A stretch of DNA of 64,000 nt from Eledone cirrhosa. Taxonomy: Eukaryota. Made by a program: the position numbers and the translations under genes. The notes beneath the pieces are model-generated. The model ran no database searches. It was given only the letters and a program-made list of their open reading frames with translations, and was not told the DNA's origin. Location of the stretch: contig OZ024754.1 of assembly GCA_964016885.1 (NCBI GenBank), forward strand, positions 24,986,001 through 25,050,000, in the 5' to 3' direction. Positions within the stretch are counted from its first letter, which is position 1; each line of letters begins with the position of its first letter. Shown in pieces: positions 28,403-51,056 of this stretch.

Positions 28403-28752
28403 GGAGGCACATGGCTTAGTGGTTAGAGCATTGGCCTTGCAATCGAAAGGTTGTGAGTTCAATCTCAGACCGGGTGATGTGTTGTTTCCTTGAGCAAGAC
28501 ACTTTATTTCACATTGCTCCAGTTTACTCAGCTGTAGAAATGAGATGATAGGGACTGGGGTCCCTATCATTCCACTGCATAGTGGTCGTGGAGGTGCCAC
28601 GGCAAAAAATGCACCCAGCACTCACTGTAAAATGAGGTTGGTGTTAGGAAGGGCATCCAGCTGTAGAAATCAAGCCAGAATCAGTTCCCGTCCCACCCTT
28701 GCAAGCATGGAAAAAGTGGACATAAAATGAAATGAAAAAAAAAATGATGATA
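28403..28752 (+). mobile_element. Full-length tRNA-derived CORE-like SINE with an RTE-derived 3' tail
   Basis: A box TGGCTTAGTGG, B box GAGTTCAATCTC, core CCTTGAGCAAGACAC. The tail GGTTGGTGTTAGGAAGGGCATCCAGCTGTAGAAA...GCAAGCATGGAA...GGAC..AAA TGATGA is shared with the RTE 3' UTR (9280-9447). Confidence 0.92.
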
Positions 28753-28784
28753 TATATATATACATATATATATATATACATATT

Positions 28785-29113
28785 TTTTTTTTTTTCATCA
28801 TTTTACGTCCACTTTTCACTGCTTGCAAGGGTGGGACGGGAACTGATTCTGGCTTGATTTCTACAGCTGGATACCCTTCCTAACACCAACCTCATTTACA
28901 GTGAGTGCTGGGTGCTTTTTTTGCCGTGGCACCTCCACGACCACTTTGCAGTGGAATGATAGGGACCCCAGTCCCTATCATCTCATTTCTACAGCTGAGT
29001 AATGTGAAATAAAGTGTCTTGCTCAAGGAAACAACACATCACCCGGTCTGAGAATTGAACTCACAACTTTTCGATTGCAAGCCCAATGCTCTAATCACTA
29101 AGCCATGTGCCTC
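28785..29113 (-). mobile_element. Inverted second copy of the same SINE (tail-to-tail)
   Basis: Reverse complement of 28403-28740 with a few substitutions and a ~13-nt deletion. Confidence 0.92.
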
Positions 29114-29277
29114 CATATATATACATATATATACATATATATATAAACATATATATATACATATATATGTATATACATATATATATATATACATATATAT
29201 ACATATATATACATATACATATATATACATATATATACATATATACATATATATGTATATACATATTATATATATAC

Positions 29278-29308
<31 letters not shown>

Positions 29309-29563
29309 CATATATATACATATATATGTATATACATATATATATGTATATATATACATATATATACTATACATATATATGTATATACATATATATATGT
29401 ATATATATACATATATATATATACATATATGTATATACATATATATATACATATATATATATACATATATATGTATATACATATATACATATATACATAT
29501 ATACATATATACATATATATATATACATATATATATATACATATATATATATAATATATATAT

Positions 29564-29596
<33 letters not shown>

Positions 29597-29784
29597 TATA
29601 TACATATATATACATATATATATACATATATATGTATATACATATACATATATACATATATATACATATATATGTATATACATATATATACATATATATG
29701 TATATTCATATATATACATATATATCCCACCCTCTCCTACCACTTGTAGAGACCTATAAATACCATATTTATTTTTTGATACCC

Positions 29785-29835
29785 AGATTCCTGATGATTT
29801 CTAATGAATGAAACAGTTCTAGTCCTGTAGAATCT
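29785..29835 (+). ncRNA. Type I hammerhead ribozyme in a 125-bp island (29726-29851)
   Basis: AGATTC-CTGATGA-TTTC-TAAT-GAAT-GAAA-CAG-TTCTAGTC-CTG-TA-GAATCT. All three stems pair; GUA site. Confidence 0.88.
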
Positions 29836-29850
29836 CTTCTATATTAAAAC

Positions 29851-29890
<40 letters not shown>

Positions 29891-29959
29891 TATACATATA
29901 TATGTATATACATATATATATACATATAAATATAGATATATATATATACATATATATAC

Positions 29960-29993
<34 letters not shown>

Positions 29994-30225
29994 GTATATA
30001 CATATATATACATATATATACATATACATATATATATACATATATATAATATACATATATACATATACACATATATATATACATATATATACATATATAT
30101 ATATATATACATATATATACATATATATACATATACACATATATATACATATATATAACATATATATATATATAAATATATATATAATAAATATATATAT
30201 ATATAACATATATATATATATAAAT

Positions 30226-30271
<46 letters not shown>

Positions 30272-30288
30272 GTATATACATATATATA

Positions 30289-30322
<34 letters not shown>

Positions 30323-30483
30323 AATATATATATATATAATATATATATATATACATATATATATATATGTATATACATATATATACATACATATATATAT
30401 ATATATATGTATATACATATATATACATATATATATATACTATATATACATATATATATATACACATATAATATATATATATA

Positions 30484-30515
<32 letters not shown>

Positions 30516-30595
30516 GTATATATATGTATATATATATGTATATATATGTATATACATATATATATATATATATGTATGTATATATATGTATATAC

Positions 30596-30646
<51 letters not shown>

Positions 30647-30902
30647 CTATATATATATGTATATACTATTATATATATTTATATATATGTATATACATAT
30701 ATATATATATGTATATCTATTATACTATATATATATATATATTATATATATATATATAAATATATATATAATAATATATATAATATATATTATATATATA
30801 TATATAATATATATATATATATACATATATAATATATAGTATAATATACATATATATATACATAATATATATATATATAATATTATATATAATATGTATA
30901 TA

Positions 30903-31102
30903 NNNNNNNNNNNNNNNNNNNNNNNNNNNNNNNNNNNNNNNNNNNNNNNNNNNNNNNNNNNNNNNNNNNNNNNNNNNNNNNNNNNNNNNNNNNNNNNNNN
31001 NNNNNNNNNNNNNNNNNNNNNNNNNNNNNNNNNNNNNNNNNNNNNNNNNNNNNNNNNNNNNNNNNNNNNNNNNNNNNNNNNNNNNNNNNNNNNNNNNNNN
31101 NN
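30903..31102. other. Assembly gap (200 N)
   Basis: Run of N. Physical adjacency of the two halves is not proven. Confidence 0.99.
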
Positions 31103-31941
<839 letters not shown>

Positions 31942-31944
31942 GTG

Positions 31945-31985
<41 letters not shown>

Positions 31986-32109
31986 TAGTAGTAGTAAGGT
32001 TTTCGATGTTGTGATAATGGTTAGCAGCGATGTGTGTCAAATGGCTATTAAGATAAGTGTGTGTGTGTATGTGTGTGTGTGTGTGAGTGTGTGTGTGTGT
32101 AGCAGAGTA

Positions 32110-32647
32110 ATTTGTGATGGTCAGTAAGAATGTTTCTGATTTCGAAAATTGATATATATTTTATATTCTTAAAAAATTTTTCAACGTGTAGAAACACAAT
32201 GTATAGAAGCATTTTTTCTAAATTCTGTGTAAAATGATCTATTTGTTAAAAACCTAAAAAAATCAATTTTACAAATCAGAAGTAAATATTTCTAAAAGTA
32301 TAAACAAATTGATTATTATAGGTTTTTCACAAATTGATCATTTTACACAGTATTTCGAAAATTGTTTTTTTACAAAAAAGATTGATTTTTCTTCTTTAGA
32401 AATATATACTTTCTGATTTTGAAAATTGATATATATTTTGTATTTTTCAAAAATTTTTCAACGTGACGAAACACAATGTATAAACGCATTCTTTTGAAAA
32501 AAAAACATTTTTTCCAAATACTGTGTTTTACACAGTATGGTCAATTTGTTAAAAACCTAAAAAAATCAATTTTAGAAATCAGAAGTAAATATTTCGAAAA
32601 GTATAAACAAATCGATTATTTTAGGTTTTTCACAAATTGATCATTTT
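32110..32647. repeat. AT-rich spacer C: diverged ~277-bp dimer with dyad symmetry
   Basis: TTTCTGATTT.GAAAATTGATATATATTTT at ~32134 and ~32410; internal inverted repeat CTGTGTAAAATGATC/GATCATTTTACACAG. Recurs in each cycle and is expanded with an inverted copy at 48300-49420. Confidence 0.88.
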
Positions 32648-39050
<6,403 letters not shown>

Positions 39051-39075
39051 ATATATATATATGTGTGACTGTATG

Positions 39076-39159
<84 letters not shown>

Positions 39160-40014
39160 CATGCTACTGTACGTCTGTATGCATATATGTATGTACGTAT
39201 ACATACATACTTACATTTAAGTAAGTGCCGTACTAAGAATCAGAAATTTCATTTCATTTCATTCTATTCCATTTTAGCGTTTTCGGTGCGCCTGGCCGAC
39301 TGAACTCACTCAATATGCAAATTAGGCTGCTCAGCCGTTAATTTTCATAAGGAAAGTATATACTTTCGAACGTTCAACGCTGACGATAGCTAACAAACTT
39401 GAAACTAGTACATCGTAACTCTGTAAGTGTTGAACAAAAAGGTGACGTGGTTGCCTTAACACCGTACGGCATAAATCAGGCTGTCCGTTTGTTTACAAAC
39501 AGACAAAGCGAGCATTATAATAAATGTTCGTTAAACTGATATGTACATATATATATGTGTGCCTTTATGTATATATATATATATACATGCTACTGTACGT
39601 CTGTATGCATATATGTATGTACGTATACATATATACTTACATTTAAGTAAGTGCCGTACTAAGAGTGAGAAATTAAATTTCATTTCATTCTATTCCATTT
39701 TATCGTTTTCGGTGCGCCTGGCCGACTGAACTCACTCGATATGCAAATCAGTCTGCTCAGCCGTTAATTTTCATAAGGAAAGTATATAGTTTCGAACGTT
39801 CAACCATCTGGCAGAAGGGTATACGGTGCTGACGATAGCTAACAAGCTTGAAACTAGTACATCGATCCTGTGTCAGTGTTGAACAAAAAGTTGGCGTGGT
39901 TGCCTTAACACCGTACGGCATAAATCAGGCTGTCCATTTGTTTACAAACGGACAAAGCGAGCATTATAATAGAAGTTCACTAAACTGATACGTACATATA
40001 AATATGTGTCCCTG

Positions 40015-40131
<117 letters not shown>

Positions 40132-40134
40132 GTG

Positions 40135-40173
<39 letters not shown>

Positions 40174-41826
40174 TAGTAGTAGTAAGGTTTTCGATGTTGT
40201 GATAATGATTAGCAGCGATGTGTGTCAAATGGCTATTAAGATAAGTGTGTGTGTGTATGTGTGTGTGTGTGTGTGTGAGTGTGTGTGTGTGTAGCAGAGT
40301 AATTTGTGATGGTCAGTATGAATGTTTCTGATTTCGAAAATTGATATATATTTTATATTCTTAAAAAATTTTTCAACGTGTAGAAACACAATGTATAGAA
40401 GCATTTTTTCTAAATTCTGTGTAAAATGATCTATTTGTTAAAAACCTAAAAAAATCAATTTTACAAATCAGAAGTAAATATTTCTAAAAGTATAAACAAA
40501 TTGATTATTATAGGTTTTTCACAAATTGATCATTTTACACAGTATTTCGAAAATTGTTTTTTTACAAAAAAGATTGATTTTTTTTCTTTCGAAATATATA
40601 CTTTCTCATTTTGAAAATTGATATATATTTTGTATTTTTCAAAAATTTTTCAACGTGACGAAACACAATGTATAAACGCATTCTTTTGAAAAAAAAACAT
40701 TTTTTCCAAATACTGTGTTTTACACAGTATGGTCAATTTGTTAAAAACCTAAAAAAATCAATTTTAGAAATCAGAAGTAAATATTTCGAAAAGTATAAAC
40801 AAATCGATTATTTTAGGTTTTTCACAAATTGATCATTTTATTACATATCCAGTGCTTTTATCGAGAATGACACAGCTAGAGACTTATAGAATACTTAGCT
40901 GTGTACAGGAACTGGTTTGAAAGAGCGGTTGCCGGTCCGGCAGAAATTAGAAATTGGATTAAATGCTCTGAAATAGCGATATATATGTGAAGATAGACAT
41001 AGAATATTCGAAAATATTCTGTATGTTTATAATAAACATTTTGAAGACCTAATCGCTATAGAATAGAATACGTCACGTATTACAATTAGATTCTCGATAA
41101 AAGCAAGGGAAGTAACCTACGCGTTTCATTCTTATTAGAAATCTTCAGGATTACATATCCAGTGCTTTTATCGAGAATGACACAGCTAGAGACTTATAGA
41201 ATACTTAGCTGTGTACAGGAACTGGTTTGAAAGAGCGGTTGCCGGTCCGGCAGAAATTAGAAATTGGAATAAATGCTCTGAAATAGCGATATATATGTGA
41301 AGATAGACATAGAATATTCGAAAATATTCTGTATGTTTATAATAAACATTTTGAAGACCTAATCGCTATAGAATAGAATACGTCACGTATTACAATTAGA
41401 TTCTCGATAAAAGCAAGGGAAGTAACCTACGCGTTTCATTCTTATTAGAAATCTTCAGGATTACATATCCAGTGCTTTTATCGAGAATGACACAGCTAGA
41501 GACTTATAGAATACTTAGCTGTGTACAGGAACTGGTTTGAAAGAGCGGTTGCCGGTCCGGCAGAAATTAGAAATTGGAATAAATGCTCTAAAATAGCGAT
41601 ATATATGTGAAGATAGACATAGAATATTCGAAAATATTCTGTATGTTTATAATAAACATTTTGAAGACCTAATCGCTATAGAATAGAATATGTCACGTAT
41701 TACAATTAGATTCTCGATAAAAGCAAGGGAAGTAACCTACGCGTTTCATTCTTATTAGAAATCTTCAGGATTACATATCCAGTGCTTTTATATATATATA
41801 TACATATATATATACATATACATATA

Positions 41827-41860
<34 letters not shown>

Positions 41861-41974
41861 CATATACATATATATATATATGTATACATATATATACATA
41901 TATATATATACATATACATATATATATATACATATACATATATATATATACATATATATATATACATACATATT

Positions 41975-42111
<137 letters not shown>

Positions 42112-42118
42112 GTATACA

Positions 42119-42156
<38 letters not shown>

Positions 42157-43357
42157 CAAATATATATATATACATATATATATATACATATATATATATA
42201 GAAATTGGATTAAATGCTCTGAAATAGCGATATATATGTGAAGATAGACATAGAATATTCGAAAATATTCTGTATGTTTATAATAAACATTTTGAAGACC
42301 TAATCGCTACGTATTACAATTAGATTCTCGATAAAAGCAAGGGAAGTAACCTACGCGTTTCATTCTTATTAGAAATCTTCAGGATTACATATCCAGTGCT
42401 TTTATCGAGAATGACACAGCTAGAGACTTATAGAATACTTAGCTGTGTACAGGAACTGGTTTGAAAGAGCCGTTGCCGGTCCGGCAGAAATTAGAAATTG
42501 GATTAAATGCTCTGAAATAGCGATATATATGTGAAGATAGACATAGAATATTCGAAAACATTCTGTGTTTATAATAAACATTTTGAAGACCTAATACAAT
42601 ACGTCACGTATTACAATTAGATTCTCGATAAAAGCAAGGGAAGTAACCTACGAGTTTCATTCTTATTAGAAATCTTCAGGATTACATATCCAGTGCTTTT
42701 ATCGAGAATGACACAGCTAGAGACTTATAGAATACTTAGCTGTGTACAGGAACTGGTTTGAAAGAGCGGTTGCCGGTCCGGCAGAAATTAGAAATTGGAA
42801 TAAATGCTCTGAAATAGCGATATATATGTGAAGATAGACATAGAATATTCGAAAATATTCTGTATGTTTATAATAAACATTTTGAAGACCTAATCGCTAT
42901 AGAATAGAATACGTCACGTATTACAATTAGATTCTCGATAAAAGCAAGGGAAGTAACCTACGCGTTTCATTCTTATTAGAAATCTTCAGGATTACATATC
43001 CAGTGCTTTTATCGAGAATGACACAGCTAGAGACTTATAGAATACTTAGCTGTGTACAGGAACTGGTTTGAAAGAGCGGTTGCCGGTCCGGCAGAAATTA
43101 GAAATTGGAATAAATGCTCTAAAATAGCGATATATATGTGAAGATAGACATAGAATATTCGAAAATATTCTGTATGTTTATAATAAACATTTTGAAGACC
43201 TAATCGCTATAGAATAGAATATGTCACGTATTACAATTAGATTCTCGATAAAAGCAAGGGAAGTAACCTACGCGTTTCATTCTTATTAGAAATCTTCAGG
43301 ATTACATATCCAGTGCTTATATATATATATATACATATATATATACATATACATATA

Positions 43358-43391
<34 letters not shown>

Positions 43392-43505
43392 CATATACAT
43401 ATATATATATATGTATACATATATATACATATATATATATACATATACATATATATATATACATATACATATATATATATACATATATATATATACATAC
43501 ATATT

Positions 43506-43642
<137 letters not shown>

Positions 43643-44576
43643 GTATACAAATATATATATATATATACATACATATATATATATATACAAATATATATAT
43701 ATACATATATATATATACATATATATATATAGAAATTGGATTAAATGCTCTGAAATAGCGATATATATGTGAAGATAGACATAGAATATTCGAAAATATT
43801 CTGTATGTTTATAATAAACATTTTGAAGACCTAATCGCTACGTATTACAATTAGATTCTCGATAAAAGCAAGGGAAGTAACCTACGCGTTTCATTCTTAT
43901 TAGAAATCTTCAGGATTACATATCCAGTGCTTTTATCGAGAATGACACAGCTAGAGACTTATAGAATACTTAGCTGTGTACAGGAACTGGTTTGAAAGAG
44001 CCGTTGCCGGTCCGGCAGAAATTAGAAATTGGATTAAATGCTCTGAAATAGCGATATATATGTGAAGATAGACATAGAATATTCGAAAACATTCTGTGTT
44101 TATAATAAACATTTTGAAGACCTAATACAATACGTCACGTATTACAATTAGATTCTCGATAAAAGCAAGGGAAGTAACCTACGAGTTTCATTCTTATTAG
44201 AAATCTTCAGGATTACATATCCAGTGCTTTTATCGAGAATGACACAGCTAGAGACTTATAAAATACTTAGCTGTGTACAGGAACTGGTTTGAAAGAGCGG
44301 TTGCCGGTCCGGCAGAAATTAGAAATTGGATTAAATGCTCTGAAATAGCGGTATATATGTGAAGATAGACATAGAATATTCGAAAATATTCTGTATGTTT
44401 ATAATAAACATTTTGAAGACCTAATCGCTATAGAATAGAATACGTCACGTATTACAATTAGATTCTCGATAAAAGCAAGGGAAGTAACCTACGCGTTTCA
44501 TTCTTATTAGAAATCTTCAGGATTACATATCCAGTGCTTTTATATATATATACATATATATATACATATACATATA

Positions 44577-44627
<51 letters not shown>

Positions 44628-44724
44628 ATATATGTATACATATATATACATATATATATATACATATACATATATATATATACATATACATATATATATA
44701 TACATATATATATATACATACATA

Positions 44725-44765
<41 letters not shown>

Positions 44766-44772
44766 GTATACA

Positions 44773-44808
<36 letters not shown>

Positions 44809-45440
44809 CAATTATATATATATACATATATATATATACATATATATATATAGAAATTGGATTAAATGCTCTGATATAGCGATATATATGTGAAGATAGA
44901 CATAGAATATTCGAAAATATTCTGTATGTTTATAATAAACATTTTGAAGACCTAATCGCTATAGAATAGAATACGTCACGTATTACAATTAGATTCTCGA
45001 TAAAAGCAAGTGAAGTAACCTACGCGTTTCATTCTTATTAGAAATCTTCAGGATTACATATCCAGTGCTTTTATCGAGAATGACACAGCTAGAGACCTAT
45101 AGAATACTTAGCTGTGTACAGGAACTGGTTTGAAAGAGCGGTTGCCGGTCCGGCAGTAATTAGAAATTGGATTAAATGCTCTGAAATAGCGATATATATG
45201 TGAAGATAGACATAGAATATTCGAAAATATTCTGTATGTTTATAATAAACATTTTGAAGACCTAATCGCTATAGAATAGAATACGTCACGTATTACAATC
45301 AGATTCTCGATAAAAGCAAGGGAAGTAATCTACGCGTTTCATTCTTATTAGAAATCTTCAGTGCTTTTATCGAGAATGACACAGCTAGAGACTTATAGAA
45401 TACTTATAGAATACTTATTTGTATATATATATATATACAA

Positions 45441-45489
<49 letters not shown>

Positions 45490-45659
45490 GAAATTGGATT
45501 AAATGCTCTGAAATAGCGATATATATGTGAACATAGACATAGAATATTCGAAAATATTCTGTATGTTTATAATAAACATTTTGAAGACCTAATCGCTATA
45601 GAAGACCTATACGTCACGTATTACAATTAGATTTACATATATATATGTGTGACTGTATG

Positions 45660-45726
<67 letters not shown>

Positions 45727-46571
45727 TTAAATATATATACATGCTACTGTACGTCTGTATGCATATATGTATGTACGTATACATACATACTTACATTTAA
45801 GTAAGTGCCGTACTAAGAATCAGAAATTTCATTTCATTTCATTCTATTCCATTTTAGCGTTTTCGGTGCGCCTGGCCGACTGAACTCACTCAATATGCAA
45901 ATTAGGCTGCTCAGCCGTTAATTTTCATAAGGAAAGTATATACTTTCGAACGTTCAACGCTGACGATAGCTAACAAACTTGAAACTAGTACATCGTAACT
46001 CTGTAAGTGTTGAACAAAAAGGTGACGTGGTTGCCTTAACACCGTACGGCATAAATCAGGCTGTCCGTTTGTTTACAAACAGACAAAGCGAGCATTATAA
46101 TAAATGTTCGTTAAACTGATATGTACATATATATATGTGTGCCTTTATGTATATATATATATATACATGCTACTGTACGTCTGTATGCATATATGTATGT
46201 ACGTATACATATATACTTACATTTAAGTAAGTGCCGTACTAAGAGTGAGAAATTAAATTTCATTTCATTCTATTCCATTTTATCGTTTTCGGTGCGCCTG
46301 GCCGACTGAACTCACTCGATATGCAAATCAGGCTGCTCAGCCGTTAATTTTCATAAGGAAAGTATATAGTTTCGAACGTTCAACCATCTGGCAGAAGGGT
46401 ATACGGTGCTGACGATAGCTAACAAGCTTGAAACTAGTACATCGATCCTGTGTCAGTGTTGAACAAAAAGTTGGCGTGGTTGCCTTAACACCGTTTGTTT
46501 ACAAACGGACAAAGCGAGCATTATAATAGAAGTTCACTAAACTGATACGTACATATAAATATGTGTCCCTG

Positions 46572-46608
<37 letters not shown>

Positions 46609-48122
46609 ATATATATACATGTGTGTGTGCGTGTGTGTGTGTGTGTGTGTAGTAGTAGTAGTAAGGTTTTCGATATTGTGATAATGGTTAGCAGCGATGT
46701 GTGTCAAATGGCTATTAAGATAAGTGTGTGTGTGTATGTGTGTGTGTGTGTGAGTGTGTGTGTAGCAGAGTAATTTGTGATGGTCAGTAAGAATGTTTCT
46801 GATTTCGAAAATTGATATATATTTTATATTCTTAAAAAATTTTTCAGAAACACAATGTATAAAAGCATTTTTTCTAAATTCTGTGTAAAATGATCTATTT
46901 GTTAAAAACATAAAAAAATCAATTTTACAAATCAGAAGTAAATATTTCTAAAAGTATAAACAAATTGATTATTATAGGTTTTTCACAAATTGATCATTTT
47001 ACACAGTATTTAGAAAATTGTTTTTTTACAAAAAAGATTGATTTTTTTTCTTTGGAAATATATACTTTCTGATTTTGAAAATTGATATATATTTTGTATT
47101 TTTCAAAAATGTTTCAACGTGACGAAACACAATGTATAAACGCATTCTTTTGAAAAAAAAACATTTTTTCCAAATACTGTGTTTTACACAGCATGGTCAA
47201 TTTGTTAAAAACCTAAAAAAATCAATTTTAGAAATCAGAAGTAAATATTTCGAAAAGTATAAACAAATCGATTATTTTAGGTTTCTCACAAATTGATCAT
47301 TTTATTACATATCCAGTGCTTTTATCGAGAATGACACAGCTAGAGACTTATAGAATACTTAGCTGTGTACAGGAACTGGTTTGAAAGAGCGGTTGCCGGT
47401 CCGGCAGAAATTAGAAATTGGATTAAATGCTCTGAAATAGCGATATATATGTGAAGATAGACATAGAATATTCGAAAATATTCTGTATGTTTATAATAAA
47501 CATTTTGAAGACCTAATCGCTATAGAATAGAATACGTCACGTATTACAATTAGATTCTCGATAAAAGCAAGGGAAGTAACCTACGCGTTTCATTCTTATT
47601 AGAAATCTTCAGGATTACATATCCAGTGCTTTTATCGAGAATGACACAGCTAGAGACTTTTAGAATACTTAGCTGTGTACAGGAACTGGTTTGAAAGAGC
47701 GGTTACCGGTCCGGCAGAAATTAGAAATTGGAATAAATGCTCTGAAATAGCGATATATATGTGAAGATAGACATAGAATATTCGAAAATATTCTGTATGT
47801 TTATAATAAACATTTTGAAGACCTAATCGCTATAGAATAGAATACGTCACGTATTACAATTAGATTCTCGATAAAAGCAAGGGAAGTAACCTACGCGTTT
47901 CATTCTTATTAGAAATCTTCAGGATTACATATCCAGTGCTTTTATCGAGAATGACACAGCTAGAGACTTATAGAATACTTAGCTGTGTACAGGAACTGGT
48001 TTGAAAGAGCGGTTGCCGGTCCGGCAGAAATTAGAAATTGGAATAAATGCTCTAAAATAGCGATATATATGTGAAGATAGACATAGAATATTCGAAAATA
48101 TATATATATATATATACATGTG

Positions 48123-48161
<39 letters not shown>

Positions 48162-50720
48162 TAGTAGTAGTAAGGTTTTCGATGTTGTGATAATGGTTAG
48201 CAGCGATGTGTGTCAAATGGCTATTAAGATAAGTGTGTGTGTGTATGTGTGTATGTGTGTGAGTGTGTGTGTGTGTAGCAGAGTAATTTGTGATGGTCAG
48301 TAAGAATGTTTCTGATTTCGAAAATTGATATATATTTTATATTCTTAAAAAATTTTTCAACGTGTAGAAACACAATGTATAAAAGCATTTTTTCTAAATT
48401 CTGTGTAAAATGATCTATTTGTTAAAAACCTAAAAAAATCAATTTTACAAATCAGAAGTAAATATTTCTAAAAGTATAAACAAATTGATTATTATAGATT
48501 TTTCACAAGTTGATCATTTTACACAGTATTTCGAAAAATTGTTTTTTTTCAAAAAAGATTGATTTTTTTTTCTTTCGGAATATAAAATTTCTGATTTCGA
48601 AAATTGATATATATTTTGTATCTTTTAAAAATTTTTGAATCTGCCGTAACAATGTATAAACGCATTTTTTTGAAAACTAACAATTTTTCGAAATACTGTG
48701 TAAAATGATCAGCTTGTGAAAAACCTAAAATAATTAATTTGTTTATACTTTTCGAAATATTTACTTCTGATTTCTAAAATTAATTTTTTTAGGTTTTTAA
48801 CAAATTGACCATTTTACACAGTATTTATAAAAAATGTCTGTTCTCAAAAGAATGAGTTTATACATTGTGTTACGACACGTTGAAAAATTTTTGAAAAATA
48901 CAAAATATATATCAATTTTTGAAATCATAAAGTATATATTTCGAAAGAAACAAAATCAATCTTTTTTGAAAAAAAACATTTTTTCCAAATACTGTGTAAA
49001 ATGATTTATTTGTGAAAAACCTAAAAAAAATCAATTTTAGAAATCAGAAGTAAATATTTCTAAAAGTATAAACAAATTGATTATTATAGGTTTTTCACAA
49101 ATTGATCATTTTACACAGTATTTTGAAAATTGTTCTTTTACAAAAAAGATTGATTTTTTTTTCTTTCGAAATATATACTTTCTGATTTTAAAAATTGATA
49201 TATATTTTGTATTTTTCAAAAATTTTTCAACGTGACGAAACACAATGTATAAACGCATTCTTTTGATAAAAAAACATTTTTTCCAAATACTGTGTTTTAC
49301 ACAGTATGGTCAATTTGTTAAAAACCTAAAAAAATCAATTTTAGAAATCAGAAGTAAATATTTCGAAAAGTATAAACAAATCGATTATTTTAGGTTTTTC
49401 ACAAATTGATCATTTTATTACATATCCAGTGTTACATATCCAGTGCTTTTATCGAGAATGACACAGCTAGAGACTTATAGAATGCTTAGCTGTGTACAGG
49501 AACTGGTTTGAAAGAGCGGTTGCCGGTCCGGCAGAAATTAGAAATTGGATTAAATGCTCTGAAATAGCGATATATATGTGAAGATAGACATAGAATATTC
49601 GAAAATATTCTGTATGTTTATAATAAACATTTTGAAGACCTAATCGCTATAGAATACGTCACGTATTACAATTAGATTCTCGATAAAAGCAAGGGAAGTA
49701 ACCTACGCGTTTCATTCTTATTAGAAATCTTCAGGATTACATATCCAGTGCTTTTATCGAGAATGACACAGCTAGAGACTTATAGAATACTTAGCTGTGT
49801 ACAGGAACTGGTTTGAAAGAGCGGTTGCCGGTCCGGCAGAAATTAGAAATTGGATTAAATGCTCTGAAATAGCGATATATATGTGAAGATAGACATAGAA
49901 TATTCGAAAATATTCTGTATGTTTATAATAAACATTTTGAAGACCTAATCGCTATACAATAGAATACGTCACGTATTACAATTAGATTCTCGATAAAAGT
50001 AAGGGAAGTAACCTACGCGTTTCATTCTTATTAGAAATCTTCAGGATTACATATCCAGTGCTTTTATCGAGAATGACACAGCTAGAGACTTATAGAATAC
50101 TTAGCTGTGTACAGGAACTGGTTTGAAAGAGCGGTTGCCGGTCCGGCAGAAATTAGAAATTGGAATAAATGCTCTGAAATAGCGATATATATGTGAAGAT
50201 AGACATAGAATATTCGAAAATATTTTGTATGTTTATAATAAACATTTTGAAGACCTAATCGCTATAGAATAGAATACGTCACGTATTACAATTAGATTCT
50301 CGATAAAAGCAAGGGAAGTAACCTACGCGTTTCATTCTTATTAGAAATCTTCAGGATTACATATCCAGTGCTTTTATCGAGAATGACACAGCTAGAGACT
50401 TATAGAATACTTAGCTGTGTACAGGAACTGGTTTGAAAGAGCGGTTGCCGGTCCGGCAGAAATTAGAAATTGGAATAAATGCTCTAAAATAGCGATATAT
50501 ATGTGAAGATAGACATAGAATATTCGAAAATATTCTGTATGTTTATAATAAACATTTTGAAGACCTAATCGCTATAGAATAGAATATGTCACGTATTACA
50601 ATTAGATTCTCGATAAAAGCAAGGGAAGTAACCTACGCGTTTCATTCTTATTAGAAATCTTCAGCATTACATATCCAGTGCTTTTATATATATATACATA
50701 TATATATACATATACATATA

Positions 50721-50754
<34 letters not shown>

Positions 50755-50863
50755 CATATACATATATATATATATGTATACATATATATACATATATATA
50801 TATACATATACATATATATATATACATATACATATATATATATACATATATATATATACATAC

Positions 50864-51014
<151 letters not shown>

Positions 51015-51016
51015 CA

Positions 51017-51056
<40 letters not shown>

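Noticed and set aside
28403-28480. tRNA gene (also 23195-23270)
   Set aside because: A and B boxes are present, but the sequence continues into a SINE core and tail and lacks a clean cloverleaf.
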